DNA from: Rhina ancylostomus
Taxonomy: Eukaryota
Direction: 5' to 3'
Assembly: GCA_030265395.1 (NCBI GenBank)
Contig: JARFYF010000050.1
Coordinates: 15,122,843-15,186,842 of the forward strand
DNA: 64,000 bases
This document shows positions 27,201-38,400 of this stretch, piece by piece. Below the pieces are notes generated by a model. It did no database searches. It worked only from the letters and a program-made list of their open reading frames with translations, and had not been told where the DNA came from. The position numbers were made by a program, and so were the translations under genes. Position 1 is the stretch's first letter; each line of letters opens with the position of its first letter.

Positions 27201-27619
27201 TCCACAGGAACTGAACCATGTACATCAGTGCGATTTTCTTCATTTTTCACACTGAATTTTACTGATTATGCTCCAAAAGTTCCATCCGCCATGTGTCTGC
27301 CCATTCCACCATTTTGTATCATCCTGATGATAACTAATGTCCTCCTTCCTAGTTCCCATATATTCAAGTGTTCAGTCACTGCAGCTTTTGAAATTGTGCT
27401 CTGTACAGCCNNNNNNNNNNNNNNNNNNNNNNNNNNNNNNNNNNNNNNNNNNNNNNNNNNNNNNNNNNNNNNNNNNNNNNNNNNNNNNNNNNNNNNNNNN
27501 NNNNNNNNNNAATGTCCTACTTCCGAGTGCACATATATTCAAGTGTTCATTCACTGCAGCTTTTGAAATTGTGCTCTGTACAGCCATGCCCAAGTCAAAT
27601 ATATATTGTAATATTTACA

Positions 27620-27960
27620 GGGGTGGCACAGGAAATAGAGCTGCTGCCTCGAACTCCAGAAACCCAGGTCCAATCCTGACCTCCAGTGCTGTCTGTGTGA
27701 GGTTTGAACATTCTCCCCACAACTGCACAGGTTTCCACAGAGTGTTGTGGTATCCTGCCACATTCCAAAGACATGCAGGTAGGTAATGCAGAGAGCAGCT
27801 TGCAACTTTCTGTCTACCTGCACTGTACTTTCTCTGTAGCTGTGACACTTTATTCTGCATTCTGTATTTTACCTTGTCCTACCTCACTGCACTGTGTAAT
27901 GAATTGATCTGTATGAATGGTATGCAAGACAAGATTTCCACTGTACCAATTCCAATTCCA
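27620..27960 (+). mobile_element. tRNA-derived V-SINE (HE1-like)
   Basis: GGTGGCACAG...GCTGCTGCCTC...CCCAGGTCCAATCCTGACC (A/B-box-like head) and V-domain CCACATTCCAAAGACATGCAGG. Confidence 0.8.
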
Positions 27961-28274
27961 AATGGCTAATTTAAATTACCATTAATATAGCTTAGTGACA
28001 AAAGACTTGAAGAGACTTGATGGGCATGTGAGAGAGAATGAGTTGCGGGGCAAGAGGAAATAAGGAGAGGGAAAATAGTTCTGATGAGACTGTTTTGCTG
28101 AATGCCAGCATAGGACCAATTGTTAAATGGTCTTCTCCTGTATCTTTATAATTAAGCAGGTCCCAAAATCTGAACTGAATTAAAAATGATTGTTATCAAC
28201 AGACTACCCACTGAAACTATTGAACATTTTCAAATGAAGTAGCATGAAAATACTGCAATTCTGAAAATAGATGA

Positions 28275-28495
28275 TATCTTTATTAGTCATATGTACATTG
28301 AAACATACAGCTTTACATGGTCCCCACATGAGCATTTGGGGGTGCAGCCTGCAAGTGTCGCCACGCTTCCAGCACCGACATAGCATACCCGTAACTTCCT
28401 AACCCGCACACCTTTGGAATGTGGGAAGAAATCAGAGCACCCGGAGGAAACCCACACAGACACAGGGAGAACGTACAAACTCCTTACAGACATAC
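28275..28495 (-). mobile_element. V-SINE, 5'-truncated
   Basis: CTTTGGAATGTGGGAAGAAATCAGAGCACCCGGAGGAAACCCACACAGACACAGGGAGAACGTACAAACTCC; same family as the copies at 30395 and 32058. Confidence 0.85.
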
Positions 28496-28811
28496 CACCA
28501 GATACTGGTTTATATATTGCAATGGCTTTAATTATTTAATATTGAAGGTGATGAAGAATAATTTTGTCACATGAATCATAATTATTCTATTAATCAATTG
28601 CAACAATTAAACTAGGTAATTTCACCTAATGGCAATAGTGTAATTAAAGCAAACCTTTTAGCAGAAGAATCCCTTCTTCAAGAAGGTGGTACAAAACAAA
28701 ATGATCTGTGGTTTTAATATAATGACTATATTACTGTAAGTTTCATGTAACCCACAACCATCATGATCTACCCACCAAATTTCTTACCAAGCTGGTTATT
28801 TATTTACAAAA

Positions 28812-30380
28812 GCAAGATACCACAGATGCTGTAAGTCCGAAATACCAACAGAAAATTTTGGAAATATCAATTCAATCAGCAGCTGTGGAAATAAAAACAA
28901 AGTTAATATTTCAGGTTATTGTCCTTGTTGCAGAACTGGATAAGATGCAACAGGTTTTGAGCAAATAAAGAGATGGGGGAGGGAGGAATGAAGAACAAAA
29001 GGCACTTGTCCAGGATGAAGGGCAAGAGAGATTAAATTACACAAGGGATGATGGTGGAAGGCAACTGAGGATAGCAATGATGCAGGTTAGGATGAGGAAG
29101 GTTGGGCAAGAAAGAGATGCAAATGGCTTTAACAGAACAATTACAAACAGCTGCCATCTAAACAAAAAAAATGGATGCAATAGCTCTAGTCTACAAATGT
29201 TGAACTTAATGTTGAGTTTGGAAGACTGTATTGTACCTGGCTGAGAGATGAGATTTTATAGCTCTTGGTTCTGTTGAGTTGCTCCAGGGTGGTGTACAGG
29301 CCAAGGACAATGGTCTGAGCAAGAATGAAACAGTGAATTAAAATGACAGATAACCAAAAGCCAGAGGTAATGTTTGCACACCAAAGAGATGTTCCACAAT
29401 GTGATGGCACCTGTCTGGATTTGATCTCGCTGATGTAGTGAAGACAAAAAATCTGCGATGAATACAGTTTTCAAAAAAGTTCAAGTATATTGTACCTTTG
29501 CCTGCAAGAAATGATTCAAGGTCTCGATATTGGAAAGAGAGGATGCCTATTGGAAGGTGTCGTATCTTCTGTATTTGCATGGAAAAATACCATGGAGAGG
29601 CGAGGGGAGTGAATATTGGATGTTTTTGAAAACTGTACCAGGCTGTTGTGGAGGGAACTGTGCCTTTGGAATGATAAAGTGGGGTGGGAAGAGAAGATGT
29701 GTGTGTTAGTGGCATGGCTGGATGTGGCATACATGATGGAGAGTGATATTTAAGATGACACAGTAGTGCAACTCATCGAGCTGCTGCCTCACAGCTCCAG
29801 AGACCAAGATTCAATCCTAGCCTCAAGTTTTCTCTGGGTGGACTTGCACATTGTCACTGTGACTATGTGAGTTTTCTCCCACGTCCCAAAGACATGCAGC
29901 CCTAAGTTGCCCCTAGTGTGTAGGCGAATGGCGGAATCTGACAGGTAGAATCTGGGGGGAGAATAACAGAATGGGATTAATGTAAATGGGCAGTTAACGA
30001 ACAGAATAAACCTGTTGGGCCAAAGGGCCTATTTCTGTAATTCACCTCTCTATATATTGCATGTGAAGCCTGATTAAAAGAAAGGACAAAGTATAAGTAG
30101 TAGTGTGGGAAATGGGATAGATGGTCAAGGGCCCTATTAATCTTTGTGCTTGGAATGTAAAGGAGAAAGACATATCAGAAGCACTAATATAGATGGCGGC
30201 ATCAGAAAGAATTGGTAGACAAAACTGAAGGGGTCCTTCACTATGTGGGATGGGAAAAGCGAATCCAGAATTGGAAATAAGGAAATTAAGGAAAGTGGGG
30301 CAGGAATAAGTTTGACAAGTTAAATGTAGTGGAAATATAAAACGAATTCAAAGGTTTTCCTGAAAAGATGATGTGGCCAT
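28812..30380 (-). mobile_element. Penelope-like element, decayed, interrupted by a V-SINE
   Basis: Reverse-complement similarity to the 13525-14642 element (for example GAATTAAAATGACAG and TGTTGAACTTAATGTTGAG) with a terminal ACAGATGCTG motif at about 28820. Confidence 0.6.
29752..30050 (+). mobile_element. V-SINE (HE1-like) with CR1-derived tail
   Basis: GAGCTGCTGCCTCACAGCTCCAGAGACC..GATTCAATCC head, CCCACGTCCCAAAGACATGC V-domain, GGGCCAAAGGGCCTATTTC tail. Confidence 0.85.
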
Positions 30381-30394
30381 ATTATAAAATAAAA

Positions 30395-30682
30395 TATTTA
30401 TTTTTTGTCACATATACATCAAAACACACAGTGAAATGCATCTTTTTGCATTACTGAGAATGTGCTGCAGGCAGCCTGCAGGTGTCGCCACTCTTCCGGC
30501 AGCAACACGGCATGCCCACAGCTCCTAACCCATACGTCTTTGGAATGTGGGAGTAAACTGGAACACCCAGAGTAAACCCACGTTGGACAGGGGGAGAACA
30601 TAAAACTCCTTACAGACAGCGGCGGGAATTGAACCTGGGTTGCTGGTGCTGTAATAGCGTTATGCTAACTGCTATGCTACCC
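30395..30682 (-). mobile_element. V-SINE, near full length and relatively young
   Basis: The reverse complement begins GGTAGCATAGCAGTTAGCATAACGC...CCCAGGTTCAATTCC (A and B boxes); highly similar to 32058-32322. Confidence 0.9.
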
Positions 30683-31544
30683 ATAGAATCATTGTATTAC
30701 ACTTTGGTTTGCATTCATGTTTATGAGATTTACTATAAATTGATCAGGAATGATTTTTCTGGTAATGGGAGGAAGATTTCTTGAGTTGCAGCAAACTTAT
30801 CTTCTGCTTGCTTGCTTGTCATTAGTATAACTTGTGTTAACTTGTTAACAAAATCCAACAGAGGATTTTGTATCATTGCAGGATTTTTCTGAAAATGTGG
30901 GCAAGCTTGCCGTAATCTTCTAAAATGCTTAATCATTGAAACTGAGTTTTCTATATGCTCAAGGCCTCAGTGGCACTGTGAACCAATTGATTTGTGCTTT
31001 CTTTGCAGGATGTCCTTGTCCAATATAGTCCAGACTATAATTGTTGAGAACTTTAATAAACAAAACATGAAAATGTGTGTCTTATTGAGTTATTTAAGCT
31101 TCAGTTGTGCATTTCGCTCCCTGTAGCTGCATCAACTTTTTGCCCACATTTCCAGAAACAATACTCTACCGTGACACTGCCCCATGCCAGAATTGCAATT
31201 TGACTATTTCTGTAATCTGCTACTAGAGGAAATGGTGTCATGCTAAATAGGTAAAGCTCCAAAAGTACAGGCATTTATTTTGGTTTGAAGGGAGTCTCGC
31301 AAAATGAAAGGCAAAATACCCCAGATGCTGGGAATCTGAAACACAAACAGATTGTGTGTTGAGTCTGAAAAGCTGTTACACATGTAATTGAGATACAAGG
31401 TGCTATTCTTTGAACTACCATTGTGCTTACTTGTAGTAACACAGGACTCTGGGGACAAATAGGTCAGAGTAGGAGCAGAGTTGAGGTAAGGAGAATTAAA
31501 GGGACAGGGCAGGTGGAAGCTTAGAATCTCACTTTTTCTGAACA

Positions 31545-31875
31545 AATTCATTTACAGGGTGTGAACATCACCAGCAGTGCTGGCATTTATTGTCCATCGC
31601 TAATTGTCCCCAAACTGTGGAAGCAGTTAAGAATCAACCACATTGGTGAGTCTGTACTTGTATGTAGACTAGACAGGATAAAATGATAAATTTCCTTCTC
31701 TAAAGTATATCAGTGTATCAGATGGGTTTTTACAACAATCCAATTGTTTCTTGACTATCATTACTGAGAATATATCCTTTAAAAAGAAATCCAGATTTTA
31801 ATTATTTACTTGAATTTCATTTATCCACCTTTATCCACTATGTTTCAAGCTCATAAATCCAGTATGTTAGATCAG
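31545..31875 (-). mobile_element. Elasmobranch SINE with LINE-derived tail
   Basis: GCATTTATTGTCCATCGCTAATTG...GCAGTTAAGAATCAACCACATTG...AGATGGGTTTTTACAACAATC. A related decayed copy lies in the opposite orientation at about 20980-21220. Confidence 0.6.
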
Positions 31876-32057
31876 TGGTCCACCTCACACTATCTAACCC
31901 TTTCCTCCCGCATATCCCTCTATCCCACATTCCTCCATATGCCTATCCAACAACCTCNNNNNNNNNNNNNNNNNNNNNNNNNNNNNNNNNNNNNNNNNNN
32001 NNNNNNNNNNNNNNNNNNNNNNNNNNNNNNNNNNNNNNNNNNNNNNNNNNNNNNNNN

Positions 32058-32322
32058 TCACACATACATTGAAACACAGTGAAATGCATCTTTTTGCATT
32101 ACTGAGAATGTGCTGGGGGCAGCCGGCAAGTGTCACCACTCTTCTGATGCCAACACGGCATGCCCACAGCTCCTAACCTCCACGTCTTTGGAATGTGGGA
32201 GGAAACTGGAGGAAACCCACACAGACACACAAGGAGAATGTACAGACTCCTTCCTGACAGCGACGGGAATTGAACTCGGGTCGCTGACGCTGCAATAGTG
32301 TTACACTAACCGCTACACTACA
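32058..32322 (-). mobile_element. V-SINE (same subfamily as 30395-30682)
   Basis: Shares GAAATGCATCTTTTTGCATTACTGAGAATGTGCTG, CTTTGGAATGTGGGAG and GGGAATTGAAC with the 30395 copy. Confidence 0.9.
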
Positions 32323-32894
32323 GTACTGTTATAAACAGATCCTTAAAAGCATTGTATTTTCATTAGATTTTTCATGCTTAAAATTTAAATTAATGAAATT
32401 AAGATAGAGCCTCCTTTTGAAATTTTGAAAATTTGTAATGTCTCAATTTCACCAAGTGTCTGAATTTTATTCGCTTCATTTTATTGTAAATATCCCATGC
32501 AAATTAACAGGTGTGAGACAGGGTGGCAAGTCTGTAATGGGTTACAAGAAAATTGCCTATTCAAATAGTTTTGAAGACATAAGAAAATCTTGGCAGAATA
32601 TTCAACTACTTCAGTGTCACAACCAACTCTTTGTCATTAGATATCATTTGTGTTTGAACATGTTTTACATAATTCTGCATCCTAACATATGGCAGGTCCA
32701 GTTGTGCAAAGATCAAGCTGTTGGGCCTGAAGGCAATTCATATTATGTACTGATGATAAACTGTTAAGAATCTTCTTTACCCCGCCTCTCAACCATACCA
32801 GAATACTAATAAATACGTAAAGCCACATGAAACATTAGCACAAACTCAGGCCTCCAATAATATTGAAAAGTATGCCAATGAAATTGATCAGGGG

Positions 32895-33225
32895 TTATCA
32901 TATTGTACAGCCCAGAAACCGGCCCCTTTGCAGACCTAGGTCATTGCCAACCACCAACCAACCATCAGCACTAACTCCATTTTTGTTCTCTCCCCACATT
33001 GCCATCAGCTCTCCCCAGATTTTACTGCTCATCGACACACTAGGGAAATTTACAGTGGCTAATTAACTCACCTTTGGGGTGTGGGAGGAAATTGGAGCAC
33101 CAGGGGGAATCCACATGGTCACAGGGAGTAAGTGCAAATTAAACCCAGGCAGCACCCAAGCTTAGGACAGAACCCGGGACTCTGGAGCTATGAGGCAGAA
33201 GCTCTATGACCTGCGCCACTGTGCC
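32895..33225 (-). mobile_element. V-SINE (HE1-like)
   Basis: CTTTGGGGTGTGGGAGGAAATTGGAGCAC...GGTCACAGGGAG...GAACCCGGGACTCTGGAGCTATGAGGCAG...CTGCGCCACTGTGCCAC. Confidence 0.85.
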
Positions 33226-34799
33226 ACTCTATTTTTGTCTGTTGATACTCTCCCAAATACATAAGTTTTTGGCGGCTTAAGCATACTCATCGAATTTTCA
33301 TGTGTTATCTGAATTTGTTGTATAATTTCCTCAATTAGAAATATACTTTAAAAAATTCATTAAAAAATTTAATACTTATTATTATGCTATGAATTGGTTT
33401 TATGCTGAAAGAAAGTAAATGGCAGAGAACTATATGACAGAATGCCACACATTTTCGGTCAAACAAGGCCAAGCCAGGATGCCACCATTAGAAACAGATA
33501 CAACATAAATCAGGAATATCTCTTGTTTTCCTGGAGACTCAATGAGTTTATTCAGAGTGCAACTGAGCAATATGGACAGGGAGCATCCAGATATGATCAG
33601 CAGCTTGTGTTGATTTGTTGGTATTAACCAGGTTGTAAAGAGAGTGGAAAATCAGGCAGAGTTTCTGTTTCTGGTTGTTATCTGGTAATGTCCAACTTGT
33701 GCATTCATGAATTTTGAGTGAATAAAAAATCATGCTTATTGCAGTTCTCATTTGTCAAAAGATTGATTACTATAGAAATTCACCCACTACTAATGATAAT
33801 TTAATGAGGTGCTGGAGGATGCCTTGTCCAACAAGTAGACAATGCTTCAGAAAAAGGGGAAATTGTGGATAAAACTGAGGAAGATATCACAGCCAACAAT
33901 TGTAGGTGACCTAATTCCATATCCATTCCTATGTTCCATATCCTTTCACACAAGAAATGAAGGAATTGACTGGGGGGTTACCACCCAACTATTTATTTCC
34001 CACTTTATTTGAAGATTACCCATAATCTAGACTCCTCTGTGGAATGTCATGGGAGATTGACAAATAATATATTGAAATCCTTGGTGATGCTCCAGTTACA
34101 TTGAACTGGTAGGTGTTGCTGTGAGAGTAATGCCTGTTATTGTTACTAACTTCACCGAGGATGTTGTAATGTCCATCCTCATGTTTTGTTGGCCACTTTT
34201 GCTTGTTATTGCTGCTGTCTTCCCTTTCTTGGTCCAGATGTTTTCCTGTAGCCCTTTCCCCTCAGCTACATTAACCTTCATGTATACACTGGTCTCCCCT
34301 TCCTCCATACTTCTGCCAACTGTACCCAGCACTCCAAACATGAACAACACTGCAGGTCTCACTATTTTATGTGTTTTCCTTAATTTGTTATTGATAAAGG
34401 AATGAGTTTCATACCTGTTTCTTTTTGAGATATTGTTCTGCATTTCAGCACATTAACACTTTGGTGTTTATCAGCTAAATACAATGACTTGATGCTTGTC
34501 AAGAATATTAAAATGTCTGGATAATTTCTATATGATTTATGCACATCTTATCTTTTTATCTTGGAATTTGGCCATTTAAATCAGGTATATTGTCTTTTCA
34601 CTGTGACTTTGCCTTTTGTTATTGTAATACTAATCATTTCAACTGCTTGTGTTATGGCAGAGGCCTCTGATATGGGCTGTTTTCCAGTGTCAGTAAATAA
34701 TCAACCTCACAGAGAGAATACCAAGTTACAACATGCTTTATAATAGGCTCAACACGTGAAAGTATATCAGAGCCACACAACCCAAGTACTCAATCACTA

Positions 34800-35079
34800 T
34801 GTCACAATGTTGATCCGGAGCAAACTCACAGAGAACCCAAATGCGGCACACTGATACAAGACTGGAGTCAGGATNNNNNNNNNNNNNNNNNNNNNNNNNN
34901 NNNNNNNNNNNNNNNNNNNNNNNNNNNNNNNNNNNNNNNNNNNNNNNNNNNNNNNNNNNNNNNNNNNNNNNNNNGCTCAGGTGTGTATTGTTATCTAATC
35001 AGTCCAGCATGGAATCCATGTGCTGGACAACAAGGCATTAATGGAGCCAAAGTGAGGGCCAGAACTCAGAACCATGACA
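34800..35079 (-). mobile_element. Solo LTR (Gypsy-like) with 5-bp target-site duplication CACTA
   Basis: Termini TGTCA...TGACA; CACTA at 34795-34799 and 35080-35084. It contains an internal 100-N gap, so the true length is unknown. Orientation is inferred from resemblance to fish LTR U5 ends (GCATTTGGGT...GTGACA). Confidence 0.8.
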
Positions 35080-35879
35080 CACTACTTCCAATACACTGAC
35101 TAATTTACCAATCACTTTTAAATCAGGCAAATAAATACAAAAAGGACCCTAGATATTTTAAAAAGTAGAGAATATTTGTGAGATATGTAAAAAGATTATC
35201 ACCTACAGCTTAATTTGTTTAAATATAACCATATATTGTGGATTAATCCACACAATGTATCTTTAAGTTTATGTGCTCCTGTGTTATGTGGCTTGTGCGT
35301 TTTCTATCATATGAACCCTCTGTTAATACCTCACGCATAGGAAGAGGTGATTTACTGAAGAATGAGGTGTGCACAGAGGGGAGAATATTACAAATACACT
35401 GTGTGTGCTATGCCACATATACTGTGCAAATAACAGCCACATATATGGATGACCAAATAAATTTGCACTTCTTGTATTCATCCATCAGTTAAGTATCTGT
35501 CCATTAAAGGATACAGATATGCATTCCATTGGTGAGTTGGACCAAAGTCCAAACTAGAATGGGCTATCCCCAATAGTGAGAAAGCCAAAATGAGTCACAT
35601 GTTTTGCCTCTCGCTGCAGTCTCAGATCTCTCAGGTGTGGCGTTGCTCCATTCCACATGTTGGTTTTTCACCACAACTTGGGTACAAAGGCAGTTTACAG
35701 CCTTCCAGTTGGTTCGTTTTTGACAGGACTGGGGGACTTCGGGCACTTAAAAATATGGAGCACTGGAGAAAGGTCTTCTCGTGTAGAGGGTTTTGACTCC
35801 TCTATTCATTTTTATTAAAGTTAAATGACTTACACAGGTTCCTGGTAATAGATGAATCCAACAGAGCAAATATGTCTCT

Positions 35880-36040
35880 TAAAGTGGAAAATGCTGAAAA
35901 TACTCAGCAGGTCAGGCAGAGCTCAAGGGAGAGAAAGAATCAGTACTTCAACGCCAGGACCGTTCAGCTTGAGCTGCCGAGTATTTCCAGCATTTGTGTT
36001 TTATTTCAGATAGCCAGCATCTGCCGGACTTTGCCTTCAG
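35880..36040. mobile_element. Palindromic non-autonomous element derived from a Penelope-like terminus
   Basis: Inverted arms AAATGCTGAAAATACTCAGCAG ... CTGCCGAGTATTTCCAGCATTT. Related relics lie at about 39260-39380 and 56790-56880. Confidence 0.6.
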
Positions 36041-36249
36041 ATATCTCCCATGATCTTTAGACTGTGATGCCTTGGTTCCCAGGAGGGGCATCTTACCATA
36101 GTCCTGTACTGCGCCTTCATGAGGCCAATAGGTTCACATTCAAGAATTCCTGTTCCCCTTTGGATGAGTAAAGTTCTGTAAATGTGTATGCTAATGTTAT
36201 ATATTAAGGTACATTAACTTTGGCCATTCCATTGCTAAAGGTCTTTATA

Positions 36250-38400
36250 TCCTGAAAGGGTTTTGTTTCATTTCATCAAATGTGCGGCCGGTTGAACCCA
36301 ACCCGCTTCGGTCGCGGCTCGGAACCGGCAATTCCAGAGGGTCTGCCGTGTACCTGTGGGAAGGTGTCCGACCAAATGGAAGGGCTTCGGGAGTTGACAA
36401 CGTTGAGCCATGGGACGGCCTGTCGCTGCCGTTCCGAGCCCTTCGGTTAACTGTGGACCAGACCTCGAACAACTCGGCTCGTCACCAAAGACCTGCCACA
36501 AGCACCCATAATCAGCCACTGGCACGTCCAGCCGTTTACCAGAAGCCGTGGCAGCAATATCCCAATGGCTTTAATGTCGGTGGCGGTGGGATGACGCTGT
36601 GCCTTTGTGGGGGTGGAGTTCACCGTTGTGTTTTGCACAGTACTGACGGAGAGCGACGTTTCCTTCACCTCGAAGACAGCATCAGCCGCAGAAACAGTTC
36701 CAGGTCCCCGGGCGGTTGCGCCGGAGCCAGGGCAGAGGGCTGACGCAAACGGAAAGTGGCTCCTGAGCTTCTGCACAAATAACGTGCGTCAACAGCTGAC
36801 CTCGACTAACCAAATGCGAGGTTGTACTGTAGGTGTGCGGTCTGGCAGCGGGCCACAGGTGACTGGGGCTTTTAAACAATGCCTTAAGTAAGGTAATAAC
36901 AGCGAAGCAGGGAACGATGAGAACGTATTCCACAGTTCGCAATGGGCAATAGACAGAGAGCATGCTAGCGATACCCACATCCAGGAAAATGAATAAAATA
37001 CAGAGGGTGTAGAATGAAAGAACGAGAATGATTCTAACGAGAGATCGCTAAATCGGCTCCTTTCTTTTGCAGGATTGTTGAAGTAGATGAGTATTTGCAG
37101 CATTTTTTATTGGCTTTACAATTAGACTCCTTGACAGTGCGTCCACTAATCGCCCTTCCCTATAATTAAAGGTGGGGGCGTTTGACCTGGTTTGTGAGTT
37201 CTGTGCCGTGCAACGTGCGGTAAGCCCGAAGCAACAGCCGCCCTGCACCATCCCCCTGCACGAATTGCCTAGCAACTCGTTTTAGGTGTGTGCACGAACG
37301 GCATAGGTGTGCACTTCGTGCTGCACGCCAGGTCCCGCCAGCGGGGAGACTGATCTCTGCACAGCGCTCTTGTTACTATAAATACACCACATTGTAGTAG
37401 TTGCGTCAGTGGATGCTGCGGCCAGCCGACCAATGACAATCTTCCACGGTCCACAAATATAAAGCAGCCACATCTGGATAGGGGGCCGTTTAGGAGTTGA
37501 GAGAGAAAACGTCATCCTTCTAACCCCCCGAGGTAATACTTTAATTATGGTGAGGTGCGCCGTTACAGGTGCTGAACATGCTTGCCGCCGGCACCTGTCC
37601 CTTCACCAACCTGGACGTCTGCCCTGCCCCAGGCTCTTGCCTCTTCGGCTTCCCCGCACCGCGACCCCGCCGCTCCCCTTTCCCCAGTCAAGCGATTTAG
37701 CCGCTAAAAAATACAGCCCCTTCTCTCCGCAATCACAGAGGCCGCCTTAGTGAAAGGGCTTCGCCAACCTGCTGACTTCAATAATGTCATTTGGAAGTGG
37801 GGGCAGGGTGTGTGGGTTTGGCTGGAGATGCAATCTTCAGTTGGGGGACAGAATGCCCACATGCCTTCATGCTGCGAACAAGATTTCACGTTAATCTTTG
37901 AAGGAGGAGCTGAAATCAAACCCCAAAGCGACCACTTTATTTAAATAATTTGAATCCCTGCAGATGTCACCGGAGCTTCCAAAGTCCCGCAGCTGCGGTG
38001 ACGCTGGTCATTTGCAACCGTGTCGCTACCGGTGTGTCCATACGTCCGTATGACCGGTGTCCGCGGGGGCTTCCAACCAGTTTCGAGGGACACAGTACGA
38101 AACGTTATAAAACCGTTGAATTCAGTTTGTTGAAAACCTAAAGGCATCGAGATGTCGCAATAACAGGCTTAAATTAGAATGCAGACACAGCGCGGCTGTG
38201 CCAGCTGCTCCAGATGTGTTCGGATGATAGGGCTGTGCCCCTGTGGTATCATGCGAGGTGCCACCGAATACCCCTACCGATTTGGGCACCGTCTATAACC
38301 TCTCCCATCTTTCTTGTGGTGATTCTTTATTTTTTCGCGAACATTTAGCAGAAAGGGAGTCAGTTTGAAAATCCGTACGAGCTTTTAATTGTTCGCAAGG
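36250..38400. promoter_or_regulatory. Intergenic (orphan) CpG island
   Basis: Abrupt rise in CpG and GC relative to 1-35 kb; no coding exon recognised. Confidence 0.6.

Noticed and set aside
27337-27586. Direct repeat of about 75 bp on both sides of a 100-N gap (similar cases at about 13967/14087, 22382/22501, 50761/50912 and 62341/62449)
   Set aside because: Overlapping contig ends or uncollapsed haplotypes at scaffold gaps, not demonstrable biological repeats.
34096-34443. Open frames on both strands, one hydrophobic
   Set aside because: No splice context or recognisable domain; more likely a very decayed LINE endonuclease fragment or chance.
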